A stretch of 62,877 nt of DNA, counting the filler, from Sphacelaria rigidula (taxonomy: Eukaryota): assembly GCA_964200075.2 (NCBI GenBank). It is 8 parts of 8 records of this genome, joined end to end, with 100 filler letters (N's around TTAATTAATTAA, not from the genome) between each part and the next. Parts side by side here need not be neighbours in the genome. Positions count along the whole stretch, not along the records: positions 7,875 to 15,647 come from CAXNAA020013504.1; positions 15,748 to 23,520 come from CAXNAA020013505.1; positions 23,621 to 31,393 come from CAXNAA020013506.1; 5 more parts are not named here. One strand, 5' to 3'. Both the position numbers and the translations under genes were made by a program. The notes under the pieces are model-generated. The model was not told the DNA's origin and did not search any database. It was given only the letters and a program-made list of their open reading frames with translations. Below, piece after piece: positions 13,068 to 26,700 of this stretch (position 1 is the stretch's first letter; every line of letters begins with the position of its first letter).

Positions 13068-14823
13068 GTGCTGTTGGTTTCGAATCCACCTTGGCCGATC
13101 ATCTGCGGCAATAGTGCATCACGGTGGGACTTTATACAATCCGACATGTGCCTTAACCATCCATAACAAGATATCTTGATCATCCATAACGAAGTGGATG
13201 CGTCTCATAGGGTGCTCTGTAGGTGGAGACGTCGCCGACTCTGTGCCGCGATCATATTATGTGATGCTACTATCCGTAACGACTGGATTCGTCTCATAAG
13301 GTGCTTTGTGAGTAGAAACACTGCCGACTCTGCGTTGGCTGTTTGAAAATAAAACATTTGGCCGAAATAATGAAATAAAGCAACATGGTGAACACGGTAG
13401 TGTCTCTGCGCATGGCTCTTGCTGGGAAATCGAAGCTCTCCAGGCACTGTACTACCCGTACGATTTGTATTTTTGATGCATGTCACATGTGAGGGAGGTA
13501 TCGCGTCATTTTTGGTCGGAAGTTACATCCTATGCATCAGATTTTTCATGCGTCTGAAATTCAGCGCGAAAGTTCACAGTCGTCTTGGGATACGGGGTTG
13601 TATACTGACAACATGTCAAGAACCTTTTGCCATTCCAGTTTTTGAAAGATGGTCCAACTTTTGTGGTTTTGTTTCACCTGCGGCATGAAATAAATCCCAT
13701 CATCGTAGTCCCTACACCGCGTGCATATCTTTCTCGTTTCAATAGACTCCGCGGTGAAGGAGATCCGCGTTTAATGTCAACATAGCGATATCCATGATGT
13801 GGCTGCCAAGGCGCGATTTGTCCTGTAGGCGAATCAAGTGGGATCTTGAGCCAATGTTTCCGGCCCGTTATCGGACTCGAAGCAAGATGTTTAGTGATCA
13901 AGGTTGAAATGAACTGACCAACCTTCTGCAATAGAGTGCTGATGGTCTGAAGGGTATGAGTGTCGCCTTGGTGTGTAGAAGGTGATGGAGTACGAGAGCA
14001 GCAATAGCTCGCAACTCATGACTGGTCCGCTGAAGGAGTGTAGTAAGCACCACTGCAAGGACAAATTCCGCCTGCCCTCTTCCTGCAGGACCTCATTTTG
14101 CTGGAAACACATCGAATACTTCGCTCCACACCCATGCTTTGCATTTCAATCGTTGTCAGAAGCGGTTATACTCGCTGCGTGCTGTAGCGTGCCCTGACGA
14201 AATGGGGGTCGAGTGTGTAGAGTCAAGCTCGAAAACCTGCGACATCCGTCATCATCTATGAAAGCACAAAGACCCCTGAAATTCGTGATCAAGAAAAAAC
14301 ATACGGTAAACCCAACATTAGGATATAAGACACCATGTGCGTCCTTGGATCATGACAAATGAACGTCGACGTTACGACACCCCGCCCCACTAGGGCGGAA
14401 GCTCGTAAGAGTAGGGCGGCGCGTGCACTACACCGAGTCGACAGGGCTTTTGGTGGGTTCGACCCCCACATTTATTTACCTGAGCAAATACACCTGGTAT
14501 GCTTGTACGTATGGCTGTCCCTGGAGAGGTCGAGAAATGGAACCTTGCGATTATCAGTTTGGTTGACGACATTTCGTGCCTTGAGTCTCGCCCGTAGTCG
14601 GGCCGGGCCCTATGTTCATTTCTAATTGGCGTTGCGCGTCGAGCTGGAAAGCCGGGTGCCACCCCCTGAAGTCCGAATGGCCACCTGCGGCAGCGGATCT
14701 TCTGAGGTTAGCCATATGTATTCTCTTTTTCTTCTTTATTATTCATCCCTGTTTTGCTTGTATCGCGTTTCGTGAGTTTTAATCTAGGTCTATTTGTTTT
14801 TTGTTTTTGTTTTTTTGCTGGCC

Positions 14824-14906
14824 TGTGACCACGGAAGGCGTCCGCATCACATGTCCACTACGAATGTACCGCGCAGATATCGGAACGGTTTTTTAATGTG
14901 AACACG

Positions 14907-14937
<31 letters not shown>

Positions 14938-14940
14938 CCA
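14824..14940 (+). mobile_element. LINE/SINE 3' end with (CAA)n tail; second copy at 27917-28031
   Basis: Shared 'tgtgaccacg.aagg..tccgcatca...gcgcagatatcggaac..tttt.atgtgaa' plus CAA tail on two independent scaffolds. Confidence 0.75.
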
Positions 14941-15328
14941 CCACACTTTCCGAATGCTCGAGGCGCCTACCCCACATGACTGCCCCGAGGCGGTCTAGCC
15001 GAGCCTCCGGGTAATCGGCACATGAACCCGCGTGCGGGGCAAGTGTTGGTTGGGGTATCCTCCTTCCTTCAAGGAGAAGAAGCAAATGCCCTGCCCCAAT
15101 TTCTCTAGCTTACTCTTCACTCTGAACCCATACACTCCACCCCGAAGTGTGCATTGGAGAGGTGTACACGTGGACTAACTACATGGGCAGAGCGTTACAT
15201 CTACTGGCTGTACTGCACTGTACTGCCTGAGACTAAAGCTAATCATGACCGTACGCCTACATCCATGGCCCCGTACTGTGTATTTCAAGGACTCATATCA
15301 GGGTATGTGCAATGGCGGGGTACAAGGA

Positions 15329-15645
15329 GCGCCCGGTGGTTCAACTCGTAACTTAAGCTGGTTAGTGCGGTAGGTTGAGGGTTTGGATCCCGTAAATGCG
15401 AGTTATTATAAGAAGTATCCGGATTCCGTCGATAAAGTAGGGACGTGGGTAGCGAAGGAAGATTGACGAATGTCGATGTGGTGCGGTGCGGGAGTGCTGC
15501 TCCAATTCTCAATAGGGAAATGCCAGGCTTGCGCGGGGGGAGATATGACTGGATCCCGTGTCACTACGGACTCGTCCCGAGGAGAGGGGGTTGTACTCAT
15601 GATCATGCATGCCATAGTCATAGCACCATTGACCTCGCATCCCTA
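15329..15645 (+). mobile_element. tRNA-derived SINE family 2; related copies at ~38553-38800, ~53370-53440, ~56367-56630
   Basis: Degenerate pol III A/B-box head ('gcccggtggt...ggtt.gatccc') and shared body 'gcggtgcgggagt....gggaga...ccc....actacggactcgtcccga'. Confidence 0.6.
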
Positions 15646-15827
15646 CANNNNNNNNNNNNNNNNNNNNNNNNNNNNNNNNNNNNNNNNNNNNTTAATTAAT
15701 TAANNNNNNNNNNNNNNNNNNNNNNNNNNNNNNNNNNNNNNNNNNNNCCCTCCCCCATGCTTCGGGTTTTTTTGACTTTGCCTGTTAAAAAAGGAATTTT
15801 TTTACGACCCCCCCCCCCCCCCCCCTC

Positions 15828-15876
15828 AATGGTCAAACGACTAAGGCAAGCAACAAATGAGTACGCCCCCCCCCCT
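15828..15876 (+). mobile_element. Recurrent DNA-transposon terminus 'aatggtcaaa.gactaaggcaagcaacaaatgagtacgCCCCCCC'; also 31790-31837, 48312-48360, inverted-like at ~31313-31360, related at 1132-1156
   Basis: Near-identical motif on several scaffolds; a C-run followed by TTA at 31835 suggests a PIF/Harbinger-type TIR (inference). Confidence 0.6.
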
Positions 15877-17192
15877 CAAACAGGAACAAAAAAAAGCTGA
15901 AACCTGTCACGACGAAAATGGTCATAGGGCGCCTGCTGTTTGGTTTCAGGCTGCATAAAGCGCAACTAATGGGCGACATTAGCGAAACCGGACTCACGCG
16001 TGGGAATCCTCCGCTGCTTCTTGTGCACGGCTATTTTTATTTCGATATACGTGTGATTATGCCTCCCAACTCCGGCCACGCTTTGGGGGGAGGGCTATCG
16101 TAGAAAGTGTCGAAGCCGACACGTGATCCTTGAACTAGAGAGAGCTCACTAGTCCAAAAGCATAATGTCCGCCTCTTGAACAAGCGATATCAGGTTCGGT
16201 TCCCGGCATGATCGATTCGAAGCGAAATGTGGACCTCCGAAGAGATCGGGGCTCTCGAACCAACTGGCATGGAGAGTATTTACAACAGTATTCAATCGTG
16301 GAGACAAGACGTCGCAAAATTCAAGATTGGATTCGAGAAGCTGAACTCCGACCCGCCGTGCCAGAACATACATCAAAGTGTTTCAGGCACGATGAGAGCT
16401 CAACATGAGCGGTAAAAGCGCCCACTGAATGGTTGAAATTGGCAGCGTATTCGACGATCTCACCTCTGAAATTGAGCTCTCATGAGCAACCAGGTCAACG
16501 CCTTCATCGTTGATGTTTGGCTCTGACGGTGCTTGAACACGTCGATACGAATGCGGGTCCCGATTGGTCATCCGCGTACCCGACGTTGGACGTCGTGGCT
16601 TCTTCAATTCGCGGTTGATTGTTAGCGCAGATGCACTGTGTTTGTGATGAGTTTACCCGCACGCGACGAGAAGAACGGAAGTGGTGCACGCGCATCATAG
16701 ACCACGATCACTCCATCATTCTCCGGCAGGCTTGTGTACCGCACGTTTTGAGCACGCCCTCTGCCGGAAGGCCCGCGTTTCGACTCTGTCTAAGTCCACA
16801 CCAATGGATACGCGTACCCATAACTCCCCCCTCTATGCATACCATACAGAAATTTCCACGATTTCGGAGCGCGGGTTGGGCAAGGCTGCATGTGCGTGGC
16901 TCGGATGGACGACGTTAGCAATGTGTTCGATGCCCTCCGTCCATCCCCGGTGGGAGGACGAGGTCCTCCGATCGTTACAGGGAGATGCTTCCAGCTGGTA
17001 AATAACGCACGATGTGGAAAACATGCATCGAGTACGTTACACTCAGCAAATCGCATTGTACAACACTACTTCTACAGCTACACCGTAGAAGCCCTACTAT
17101 CGTTGGTTTATTGGAAGAAAATATGTTTGTCGTCCCATCACGTGTCGTGTGAAATGTTGAACTACTTACCGGCAAAGACGAGATGTAATTCA

Positions 17193-18400
17193 TTACGGAC
17201 CTGTTGATGAGAAACCAGCCATCACCTTTAACCTAAACATTTTGAAATTGACAACGATTCCACCAAGGAAATTGCGCTCATGTGCTGCCGACGAGAAATG
17301 GTGAACCAGTAAGAAACATCGAATTTTATTACCCTCGTCGATCAGAAGCACGGGCATCCAGTACAGGTGGGTTGCAATAAGAAATCGCATCTCCCCATCT
17401 CCCGTCGTACCACGCGCTGGAGTAGCAAAATTGAACAGTGGATCCATGATTGACTGCTGCATTTTTAGCCCAACTTCATTGTTTGTTGTAGCCGGCTCTT
17501 CTGCTACTGTACGAAAAATGTCTTTGGAGTATACCTGTTCGAGTGATTCATCGCCGATTGTTTCCCGACATCGGAGCCAGCTCCATGATGCCTCCACTTC
17601 CCCAGCGACCGCACCTCACCAATATTTCGCACGCCCGGTGCGACGCTTGGTCGGACTGGAGTGGTTAGCGGCTGAATGATAAATCGTTTGTGATATCTTC
17701 GTTGTTGGTAATTTCTAAACGTTTCTTCGCATGGTAATACGTTTGGAATTAACAGTCCGACAATGTTTCCTAAGATGGTCGTCAGTAAGAAAATAATGAT
17801 ATATAATTCAGCACAACACGAGGAGCGTCCGCGGATACACGAAATATTTTTGAATCTTGCACACCTCGTTTTCCACCTACTGTTTAATGGGCACATTGTC
17901 CCGAACCCAACTATGTTTATGCGGATCGCCTCCAGAGCACCACTGGAACGCGAACAATATACATAACTTCTTGAACTAGGCATCTCCCCAAATCCCCAAC
18001 TTTTGAAAAACAAGTTGGCATCGGAGGCTGGCACCCTTGCGTTGGGGTCCAGAAGGTTAGTATCCCCAGTGTATGTCTTCAAAACGATCCGTCAATGATG
18101 AATGAATGCAACCTGTGTTTCGCAAACACCATGTTTTGCCCATTTCCGTCGCATGTTGCGGTGTCTGGAGGAAGGAACGAACATGCTTAAAGATGCACTT
18201 TCTTTCCAGAAGAACGCTATATATCGAGTTGCTGTGTTGACGTACTCATATCTTCGTACACGTTGGTCGTATGACGAAACAGCGGACGGTATTTACCTCT
18301 CAGTTGCAAAACATCTGAATCTCTACCGGAGTACATCGGTGTCAATATTCACGTGTTTTCCTCTCTTCGCCACCGATGCCATCGTGCACCTGTCGTCATT
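17193..18400 (-). pseudogene. Decayed hAT-family transposase
   Basis: 'PLNSRWKT' (hAT P..TRW motif) in ORF 17504-18082 followed by 'SSAAHERNF' (hAT C-terminal dimerisation motif SSAxxERxFS) in ORF 17193-17597; frameshifted. Confidence 0.6.
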
Positions 18401-19270
18401 TTGTAGATTGACCAATGTCTAGCAGCCATGTATTTACGTGCGAATGAAAAATTGTAGTATTCTCAGGGGCAGCCAGGCATGCACTAGACCGCCGAAGAAT
18501 CTAGCGCGCACGTGAACTTGACAACTGTTGGGGGGTACTACGACTCATCTCTACGTTTTGCATGAAGGACGTTTGCATGTGGAATCCATACACCAAAGGA
18601 ACCTAGCTCACTACAACAGTCAGTAGTCATACTACGACGATAGGTATAACCGGTGCCCTTACACTCACCAACACAGTAAGGCCTCGGCAGTGCAGGCGAT
18701 CGGGGGGACGGGGGGGCGGGGCTCTTTTCCTCAGCTTACTGGTGTGGACGGGCTCCTGATTTGCACTGAAATGAAATCTCATCTGAGAAGAGGAGAGTGT
18801 AATTTTGTGCAAGCTAGAGCCGTCGTGTTGTACGAACTTGTTATATTGACATATTTTTCGTATGATTTGAACCCAGAAGGTGACGGCTAGAACGAGCCCT
18901 TTACATGCTCAAAATTTTCGTTGGGCTAAAGATTGACAGCCCCACTTCGATACCGACCACAGCATTACGCCGCAATAGCTACATGCGTATGACGGGTAAA
19001 GAGTAACGAGTACGTGAAGCATAGTGAATGCGCTTTTAAGTGCGTCGGATTGAGACAACCTTACTCCCTGTCTACCGCCCTCCTGTTTGCGCTCTTGTAT
19101 GGGGCTTCCTGTCCCCAGCTATCAAGCGTAGACGCCATTGGTGATTGTCCTGTGAATGATATCAACGTGATTGAACGAAATCGAGACATTTGACACGCCA
19201 CCACCGGCCTGTTCGGCCACACAACCATATAAAATACGTCACACACATTCTCGGCCCCCCTCCCGAACAG

Positions 19271-22200
19271 CCCCCGTTCTTCCGGTCGCTTCTTTATAAT
19301 CACCCATACATTTCTGCCCCCATTCCCTACCATGGTCTCCCTAGGGAGTTCGAAGGACCGAGTATCCTCGAAACAGCGGAAGACGTGCCTACGCCCGTGC
19401 CGACGTCCAATCAGGTAGACCACAGCCGTCTTACCAGCACCGCCGTCATCGTCTACGAGGTCATCGCCTCGGCGCATGCCTACCGTGATGGCGGACACCG
19501 CGGCGGTGATGACGATGACGACAGCGATGATGGCAACGATGGGGACGTACATGACGCAGGCGTCGCTCCAGACGAGAGTGACGATGGAGAAACGACTATG
19601 AGGGAGGACGCCACGACCAGGTGCAAAAACAAAAAACACGCAAGAAGGGTGCGTGTGAAAGATGCTCGATGTACTGCAGCAGGACGATGATATTGGACGA
19701 TAAGGAGAGCGAACCGGACACTGACCGATGGTGTAGTACGGCGTGCAGAACATCTCAGGTCGATATATATAATCTTGACTTCGATCATATTCATACTCAT
19801 TCGCTTCGCCGGCCGTGCATCAAAGGATTTCGCCATATCTGCTCGAAGATTGGTGAGTGCACAGCGTTTTGCTCTCGCGTTTCTGATGTCATACATTCGC
19901 TCTGACGTTTCGTGACGATGTTTTGCGGCTTATTTTCGGGCAACACACCGAGTGTTGCTGCTTGGTTGCTGTTCGCCGCACAACAATATAAGAGGTAAGC
20001 GCTGCTGTGAAGAGCGTTTCTCGTCGGTAGGTATATATGAGGAGGGGTTCATGTTCGAAGCAGAACCTGCCTGAAGTCCGAAAAAACTTCACAATCCCCG
20101 ACCAAGAGGTTGGGGAACTACGTTCAGAGGAGTATGCACTAATGCCATCGGCATTGTAACATGCCTTCCTGCCGTCTATGCTTCCATTCCCCGCTGTTGC
20201 CATCGTTGGCTTCGACGTATCGGCAGCTTTGACGCGTTACCCTTCACCGCCTCGTATGAAGTCGACGTGGACCTGACCGAGGTATTCGTCCTTGAGAGAA
20301 TGTTCCCGGTAAGATATGAACACCATAGGAGTTATCGTTTTCTAGAGTATTCCGCTCCGCAGGGCATAGATACACACCTTATGCTACAGTGATAGCAAGA
20401 CCTTACTGTGGGGGTACTTTCGTGTGCAAGCATTCTCGTTCTAGCTGGTACAAAAATGGTGTAGCTTCGTTGTAGTTGTTATGAGATGGACTCGTAGCAG
20501 ACGCTCCCGACGTATCAGGAGCTCACATCATGATTAGTTGTGAAGGATATCCTAATCTTCATGTAAATGAAACAAACGCGTGCGGGTCATTCCATGGGGG
20601 ATGTAGGTAGATAGCGGCAATGAGGCCAATTTCAGCACAATTGGCTACTGTCAAACAGTTGAAGATTCCGGTTGAGCGGCTGCGGTTCAACGCGAAGGTC
20701 GCAGGTTTGGTCAAAAGGCTTAGATGAAGGTCGGACGTGAACGTTTAAAAACCGGCCTGACTCATACCATGGCAGCGTAGGGGATGCACACTTGCGCCCG
20801 GATGTTTGTCATTAAGGGGTCCCTGAACTCGGGAGCTACAAACGGAAATGGCTCAGGACATTTTCGTTTTGAAGACGCATTTGAGATGTGTGTGTGTGTG
20901 TTGTCATCCCATCAATTCTGGACGCCGGTCTACACATATCGGTGTATGTGGGGTCACACAAGAGGAAGGCCAACACAGGCGTTTTCTTTTTTTTCGTTTG
21001 TCTTAGTTCTCCGCTTTGCTTATGCGGTGCTTGCCTATATTTGTTTATCGCGAGAGCGGTTCAGCAGTTCCTTTCCCTCGTCGACCGTTTAGTCGAGTTT
21101 AGCGAACCTTGAGACATCCCTAGGCCACCGGAATGCTAACCGTGGCCCGCTCTCACATACTCCACTTGTCAGCTTTAGAATGAGATAGACGGCTCCGAAA
21201 ATTTCAAGGCTGAGATATATTCCTTGCTACCCTACCGTCGCATGACTCGTGCCCTCACTCGAACCTCCTACCCCCAACCTCGACGCCTTGACCGCTACCT
21301 TGAGCGGAGACTTTCAGCTTGACGATTCGAGTGCCAATTTGAGTAGTCGAATCGTGTTTCGAACCATGCAAAGCAAGAGGCTCAACCAGTACGTCGCAGA
21401 GAATGGCAATCCCAATCCCAAATGTCAACCATCGACTTGAAGCTTCGGCACAAGCGCTTCAGATTGAGGTTGAGGCTTCAACTTCAAACTTGGAGTTGTC
21501 CATTACCTTACATCTGTGCTGTTGGTCGAAGGCGGGCCTTCGAGGTAAGGGTTCGAGTTGAATCCTCAAGTCTCACTTTGGACATTCAGGTTGAGTCTCG
21601 GGTCTTCAATTCCCTAACCCTAACGTTGAAGCCCCGAGCTTGAACCTGTGGATCTAGGCTTCAATATGAAGGTTCAACGTGAAGTTTGGACTCTGAAGTC
21701 AAGCACCGAAGGCTCATATTGGACCCCTGACCCTTACACTGAACCTTCAACATCTAGCTTGAACATTCAAGCTGAATTCGCGACAACGGCAGCATCCCAC
21801 ATTCAGCATATACATATATCTGCCTTGATGTCGTGTCTCGCTGAGTTCCGCCCGCCGGAAACGCGTCTGCTGCTTGCTGTATTTTCTTGTTCGCTACGGC
21901 TGCTGGGTATTTTCAACTCTTCTCTGCATAGGACGTATGCTGCCGCAGAGAGACGGCCGTGACGGTTGTTTCCAGCGTGACACCCCGGCTTGTCTCGGTC
22001 ACCCTGCCGAGCAACGAAGGGTATCCAAACATAGATTCTTCGGAAGCAGACGCCGACTCGGACAAAAACTCAAAGGTGTCGTCCAGTTGGATATCAAGAA
22101 ATAGAGCAAATGCTGTCTTTTTTTGCTTCAGCTGCATGCATCAATGAACTCGCCATGTACTCTGCGTGACAAAGCGTAGATATATAGCAATCATCGCAAA

Positions 22201-22628
22201 TCTTACCCGACCACGTGTATCGCATCCAGCAGCCCGTGCATTTGCTACACCAAGTGTGTAGAGCTGACGTGCCGCTATCCCGCCTGCTCTCCGCCCCTCT
22301 TGCCCGCCGAACCCTCCTGTTGGCAACTGCACAGGCACTGGTGCTCTTTACCCGTTTCCACCAAGACGGGGGTAGCTCTGGGATCGTTCGTGATCCCAGT
22401 ACAAACGTACGTGCATCACCCCGTCAGCCGGATGCTCTGAGCAACCATGCGAATGATGAACCACGGTCGTGGTTCACCGTCATTTTACCGCTTCTGTTGG
22501 TCCTGGGGAACATGGTGGGACTCCTGCGTGCTGCCATGCGACCAAGGCGATTCCGACCTGGAGTGGTTGCTGACACGGAAACAATGCCGTACTCGACGCG
22601 GCTCATCGCCGTGACGACGTTGTGGCTG
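19271..22628 (+). CDS. Tentative multi-exon gene of unknown function; exons 19271-19620, 20128-20308, 21932-22075, 22428-22628; partial
   Basis: GT-AG boundaries with mutually compatible phases (2,0,0) give an open frame with an acidic tract (DDDDDSDDGND) and hydrophobic stretches (WFTVILPLLLVLGNMVGLL). No family recognised. Confidence 0.4.
20887..21090 (-). mobile_element. 5'-truncated copy of tRNA-SINE family 1; other partial copies at 23621-23689 (+) and 47029-47136 (-)
   Basis: 'gtgtgtgttgtcatccc...ttctggacgccggtctac...gggtcacaca.gaggaaggccaacac' matches the 3' half of 26963-27289. Confidence 0.8.
21290..21780. repeat. Degenerate short-period repeat rich in TTGAAG/CTTCAA/TTGAGG in both orientations
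   Basis: Repeated 'ttgaggttgaggcttcaacttcaaacttg'-like words. Confidence 0.55.
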
Positions 22629-22929
22629 GTGAGTTCATGCTAGAAAATGTAGATACAGTTGTCGATATCCAGAGGGTCCGGAGTGTTGTTGACGTGTAAC
22701 CATTCCGTGTGGCGCAACCGGGGCACACTTTCGGCAGTGCTGTACAATGCACAGCGTCGCAGTTGGAGCTACGTGGGAACTTGTAGAAACATCTAAGAGC
22801 CAGTCGTCGAAAATCCACATTCGGGAACTCCACTGTAACGAAAAAACCAAATGTGCTCGAGTTTTGAAACGTACACGAAACGACACGCGCTCGCCGCTTG
22901 TGTTGTATGAATATTACACACCCTGGACA

Positions 22930-23360
22930 ATACAATACGTAATATATATATATAGCGCCCGCTCAATATGTCGACGCGTCGGGTGGTCAACATATATCGG
23001 GCGAGCAATATGATGGCACGAGAGAGGATCAATATGTCAAGTCTCGCGACATACAATATATATCGACCGAACAATATTATATCACGACACGCGCTACCTC
23101 AATATATATATATTGGCCGAGTAATATGTTGGTGCGGTAAGGTACTAATATATAATATATTTGTCGAGTAATATATTGGTTGCCACACAAGGTCAATATG
23201 TATGTTGATGATTCAACATACTCAACATCCGAAGCGCCAATATATATTGCCGCCCCAATATGTCGTGCGTCAATGCGTCCAATATATATTGGGCGGACAA
23301 TACACGGGGTAAGGGACGGTCACAATACATATTGATGTATAGCAATATATTTACATATAT
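22930..23360. repeat. AT-rich degenerate tandem repeat (AATATAT...GCCG/TCG words)
   Basis: Recurring 'caatatatattg.ccg', 'aatatgtcg'. Confidence 0.6.
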
Positions 23361-24479
23361 ATATATAATGATTTTCAACATGTAGATTAGAATGTGTATT
23401 GGAATAACTATGGTGGGCAGGTCTATGTGCGCGGGCGCCATTCGAAGATGTATCAGACACTTTCTACGATAGCCCCCCCCAAAAAAGTGCACGGTTTTGG
23501 GAGGCGAAATCTTCACGTAANNNNNNNNNNNNNNNNNNNNNNNNNNNNNNNNNNNNNNNNNNNNTTAATTAATTAANNNNNNNNNNNNNNNNNNNNNNNN
23601 NNNNNNNNNNNNNNNNNNNNCCACATACACCGAAAGGTGTAGACCGGTGCCCAGAATAAATGGGACGACAACACACAACACACACACACTCTTTCACCGT
23701 TTTCCCGGGGTTCCAGTTTTGTCGAGAAAACTTCGATCCAGTCAGACCCCCGTAAAACGCGTAAAACGGTAAAAAAATAAAATATCACAAACCTCGTCCT
23801 TTTGAAAAGTAGCGTAATGACCCATATAACACTTCTGCAAAATTTCAGGGTCGAACTCCTTAAAACGGCTGAAGTTTTCGCGTTTGTGCGATGAAGCTTG
23901 CCGTGCCAAGTTGAAACGGCAAATTACTAGATTTTGGTATAAAAATGGCGTTTTAGGGCCTTTTTCGACGTGAACATGAAAATTCAAGCACCAGTTAATC
24001 GAGTTTGGCCACGAAACTCTGTGGGGTTTTTCCTTGGGTGTGCGGCGGCAGAGCGTTCGCGGAAAAACTGGAAAAAAAAAAACTTTCGTGTCGGTTTTCC
24101 GGAGTCCCAAAATGGATGACTTCGAAAGAAACGACTTGGACCCCGTCGGACCCCCGAAAATCGGTAAAAAAAATCAAGAATTAGAAAAACCTCGTCGATC
24201 AAAACTTGCGTGATGATTCGTAGCACATTTGTGCAAAGTTCCAGGGTCGAAATATTAATAAATGCGTGAAGATTCGCGCGTTTGTGCGAGGATGTGAGCT
24301 TGAAACGTGCAAAGTTCTAACTACTTGGTTTGAATATGAAAACATCTTTAAGGGTGAATTTTACGTCAAGGCAGGAAAAATCTTATGAAATCTTCGAGTT
24401 TCTCCACCAAAAATTGTACATGTGTTCCCTGGACCATCCTGGGACGCATCATGTTATTATTATTTTTTTTAGTCATCAT

Positions 24480-25058
24480 GTACCGCCTTTCGGGGGTCTT
24501 TGTACTGAGACTCCCGGAAGCCGGTAGAGAACGGAGGAACTTTGAACCCTTGCCAAGAACACATTTTTTTTATTTGGAGGGTCAATAACTACACAACTGC
24601 CAAATTTGAGGATGATCTGAGCTTTTCTACAACAGATATAAGGCAAAACGTCACGAGGCTCCCTGGGTCTTCCCTGGGTATCATAAGTGGAATTTTGACG
24701 ACGCCAAACTCCACATCACCGAAATATTACGGTTTCGGGTATAATTCGACCCCGTTGGAACCGTTTTCAAATCTGTTTCTTCCGTTAGATTCTTGAGGTA
24801 TGAAGGTCACCACGATTTGAAGCATGTGTGGATTCGGTGGAAATTGGGCTTGGAATTTGTATTTTCAATTTCGGAACAATTTGAAAGGCGCTGATTGGTC
24901 GAGACCCTCTTCTGTCCATAGCGCCACCGCTATAGTCTTGAAAAAAATCCGGCTATGTCACCCTCAGTATGATACCATGTATGCGACTATTGGGTGCGTA
25001 TTGCAGAAGGCAATTTGCTGATGACAGTTTTTTTTTTTTTTCCGTGAACCAGCCTGTA
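24480..25058. mobile_element. Right part of a non-autonomous TIR element of the same family as 32467-33510
   Basis: Shared blocks 'cgccaaa..cca.atcaccgaaata..acggttt', 'gcgccaccgctat..ttgaa', 'atgataccatgtatgcgac.attgggt' and terminus 'tgaaccagcctgta'. A left end 'tacaggctggttcacg' is at 30925. Confidence 0.7.
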
Positions 25059-26700
25059 GAGGGGAATGATATAACATCCGCGCGGAGGCAGAGGCAGATC
25101 TTGCCAGTGCGTTGTTGTTTACGTCGCCCCCCTGTTGGTCGAGGCTAGCACCAAGACAGGAGATGACAAAACAACCACTGAGCTTTTCCATATCTTCGAG
25201 GGAGATAACATTGACTTTTATGCGCCGTGTCGAGCAAGACACGGCCGTACAGCGGAGCCGAACAGAACAGTCTCTTGTGCTAAGGGCCACTAACTACTGT
25301 GGAGCTTTTTAGGGAGTAAGCGACGTCTCCTTTCAGGCAGTGCCAGACTAACGTTGCCGGGTACCACGACGATCTCCCGAGGATAACAGCGGTTATTGTG
25401 TTTTTTTTCCAGCAAAGTCAACCGGAAAATCGTTCAGCAGGCGCTCCCACGTCAACATCTTGATATTTCTCCGACAGTCGTCTCATCGCCCTTCTGCGGA
25501 GTTGTTTAGACATTTCATTTGGTTCCAGGAAAGGGGCAGATTGCACGTTGCAATTTTCATTTTTCACGGATGGATCGCGGATGTTCCAGCCCTGCCCAGG
25601 GGTGGTTCGCATTGTAATGTCAGGACGACAGTAGTACTCGTTGAAGTGCCGGCTTGTAGCAGTGTCAACTTCGTGCATTTCATGGCCGCGATACATTTCG
25701 TGTACTGAGTGCTTCCTCCCTCCTCAGTGATATTAATCCTTTCCCATCCGACTGTCTCAGCCTGCACAGAGGTCTGTAGCGCTACCTTGCCGTGCCGATG
25801 TGGACACCTCTCTTCCAAGGACGTGTGCCCCTCTAGTCTCAGCATATACTAGACCTTGGAGTATGACCGTCCTCAATGGACGCCGTAGATGACGAATATA
25901 CCCGCTGTAAAATGTCTCCATATTATTGAAAATGACAAAAATGAGACTAGAGTAGTGTACGGTCTAACTATTCAGGAGTATTCTGGGGTTTTGTGTAGTA
26001 TTCTTTGATAGAACTCGAAATTGCTAGCGTCGGTAGATTTTGGTACAACAAATAGATCATCCTCGAAGCACATTGCCCAAGTCAGTGTTAGTTGGTGTTA
26101 TCCGGCGATACGAGTAAATACCCCGTTTATCAGGAGGGTGTTATTGAACGTGAAACAGTTTTTCGGCTCTAGTGCAATGAGTAGGTAGAATTTCAGCGAA
26201 ATATAACTGTACATCTCTTCACGAAAATGATCGTAACAGGCTCGATCGATCGAAAATATTGAAGAGTAAGAATCTGGGCTGAAACGTGGCAGGACCCCCG
26301 ATGACCGGTCAGCCCGTAAGTCACTCAATGTTGAGTAAAAATGTTTTTTTTTAGGAATGCGGAGCGGATATAAATATCCTCAGATCCCCCCTGTGATGAG
26401 CGGTGGCAAGCGAAAAAAGCCCAAGAAAATCGCCAATTACGAAAAAAACACAAAATGCCACAAAATGAATATTAATAGTTAGACCGCCCACCACTGTACA
26501 CTGTCAAAAAGTGTACTGCATACGTATGCAATCTATAATACAACATCGTTTTTTACAATGGGCGCATTAGTCGATACTGCACACGGTACACCTTTGGACC
26601 GTACAGGGTGATATTTTGTCCAGGGTGTGACTTTTTTTGCAAGATACAGATGTGGAAATCCGCTGCCTCGAGAACTGCATTTTTCCTTGTTCCCTGTCAG

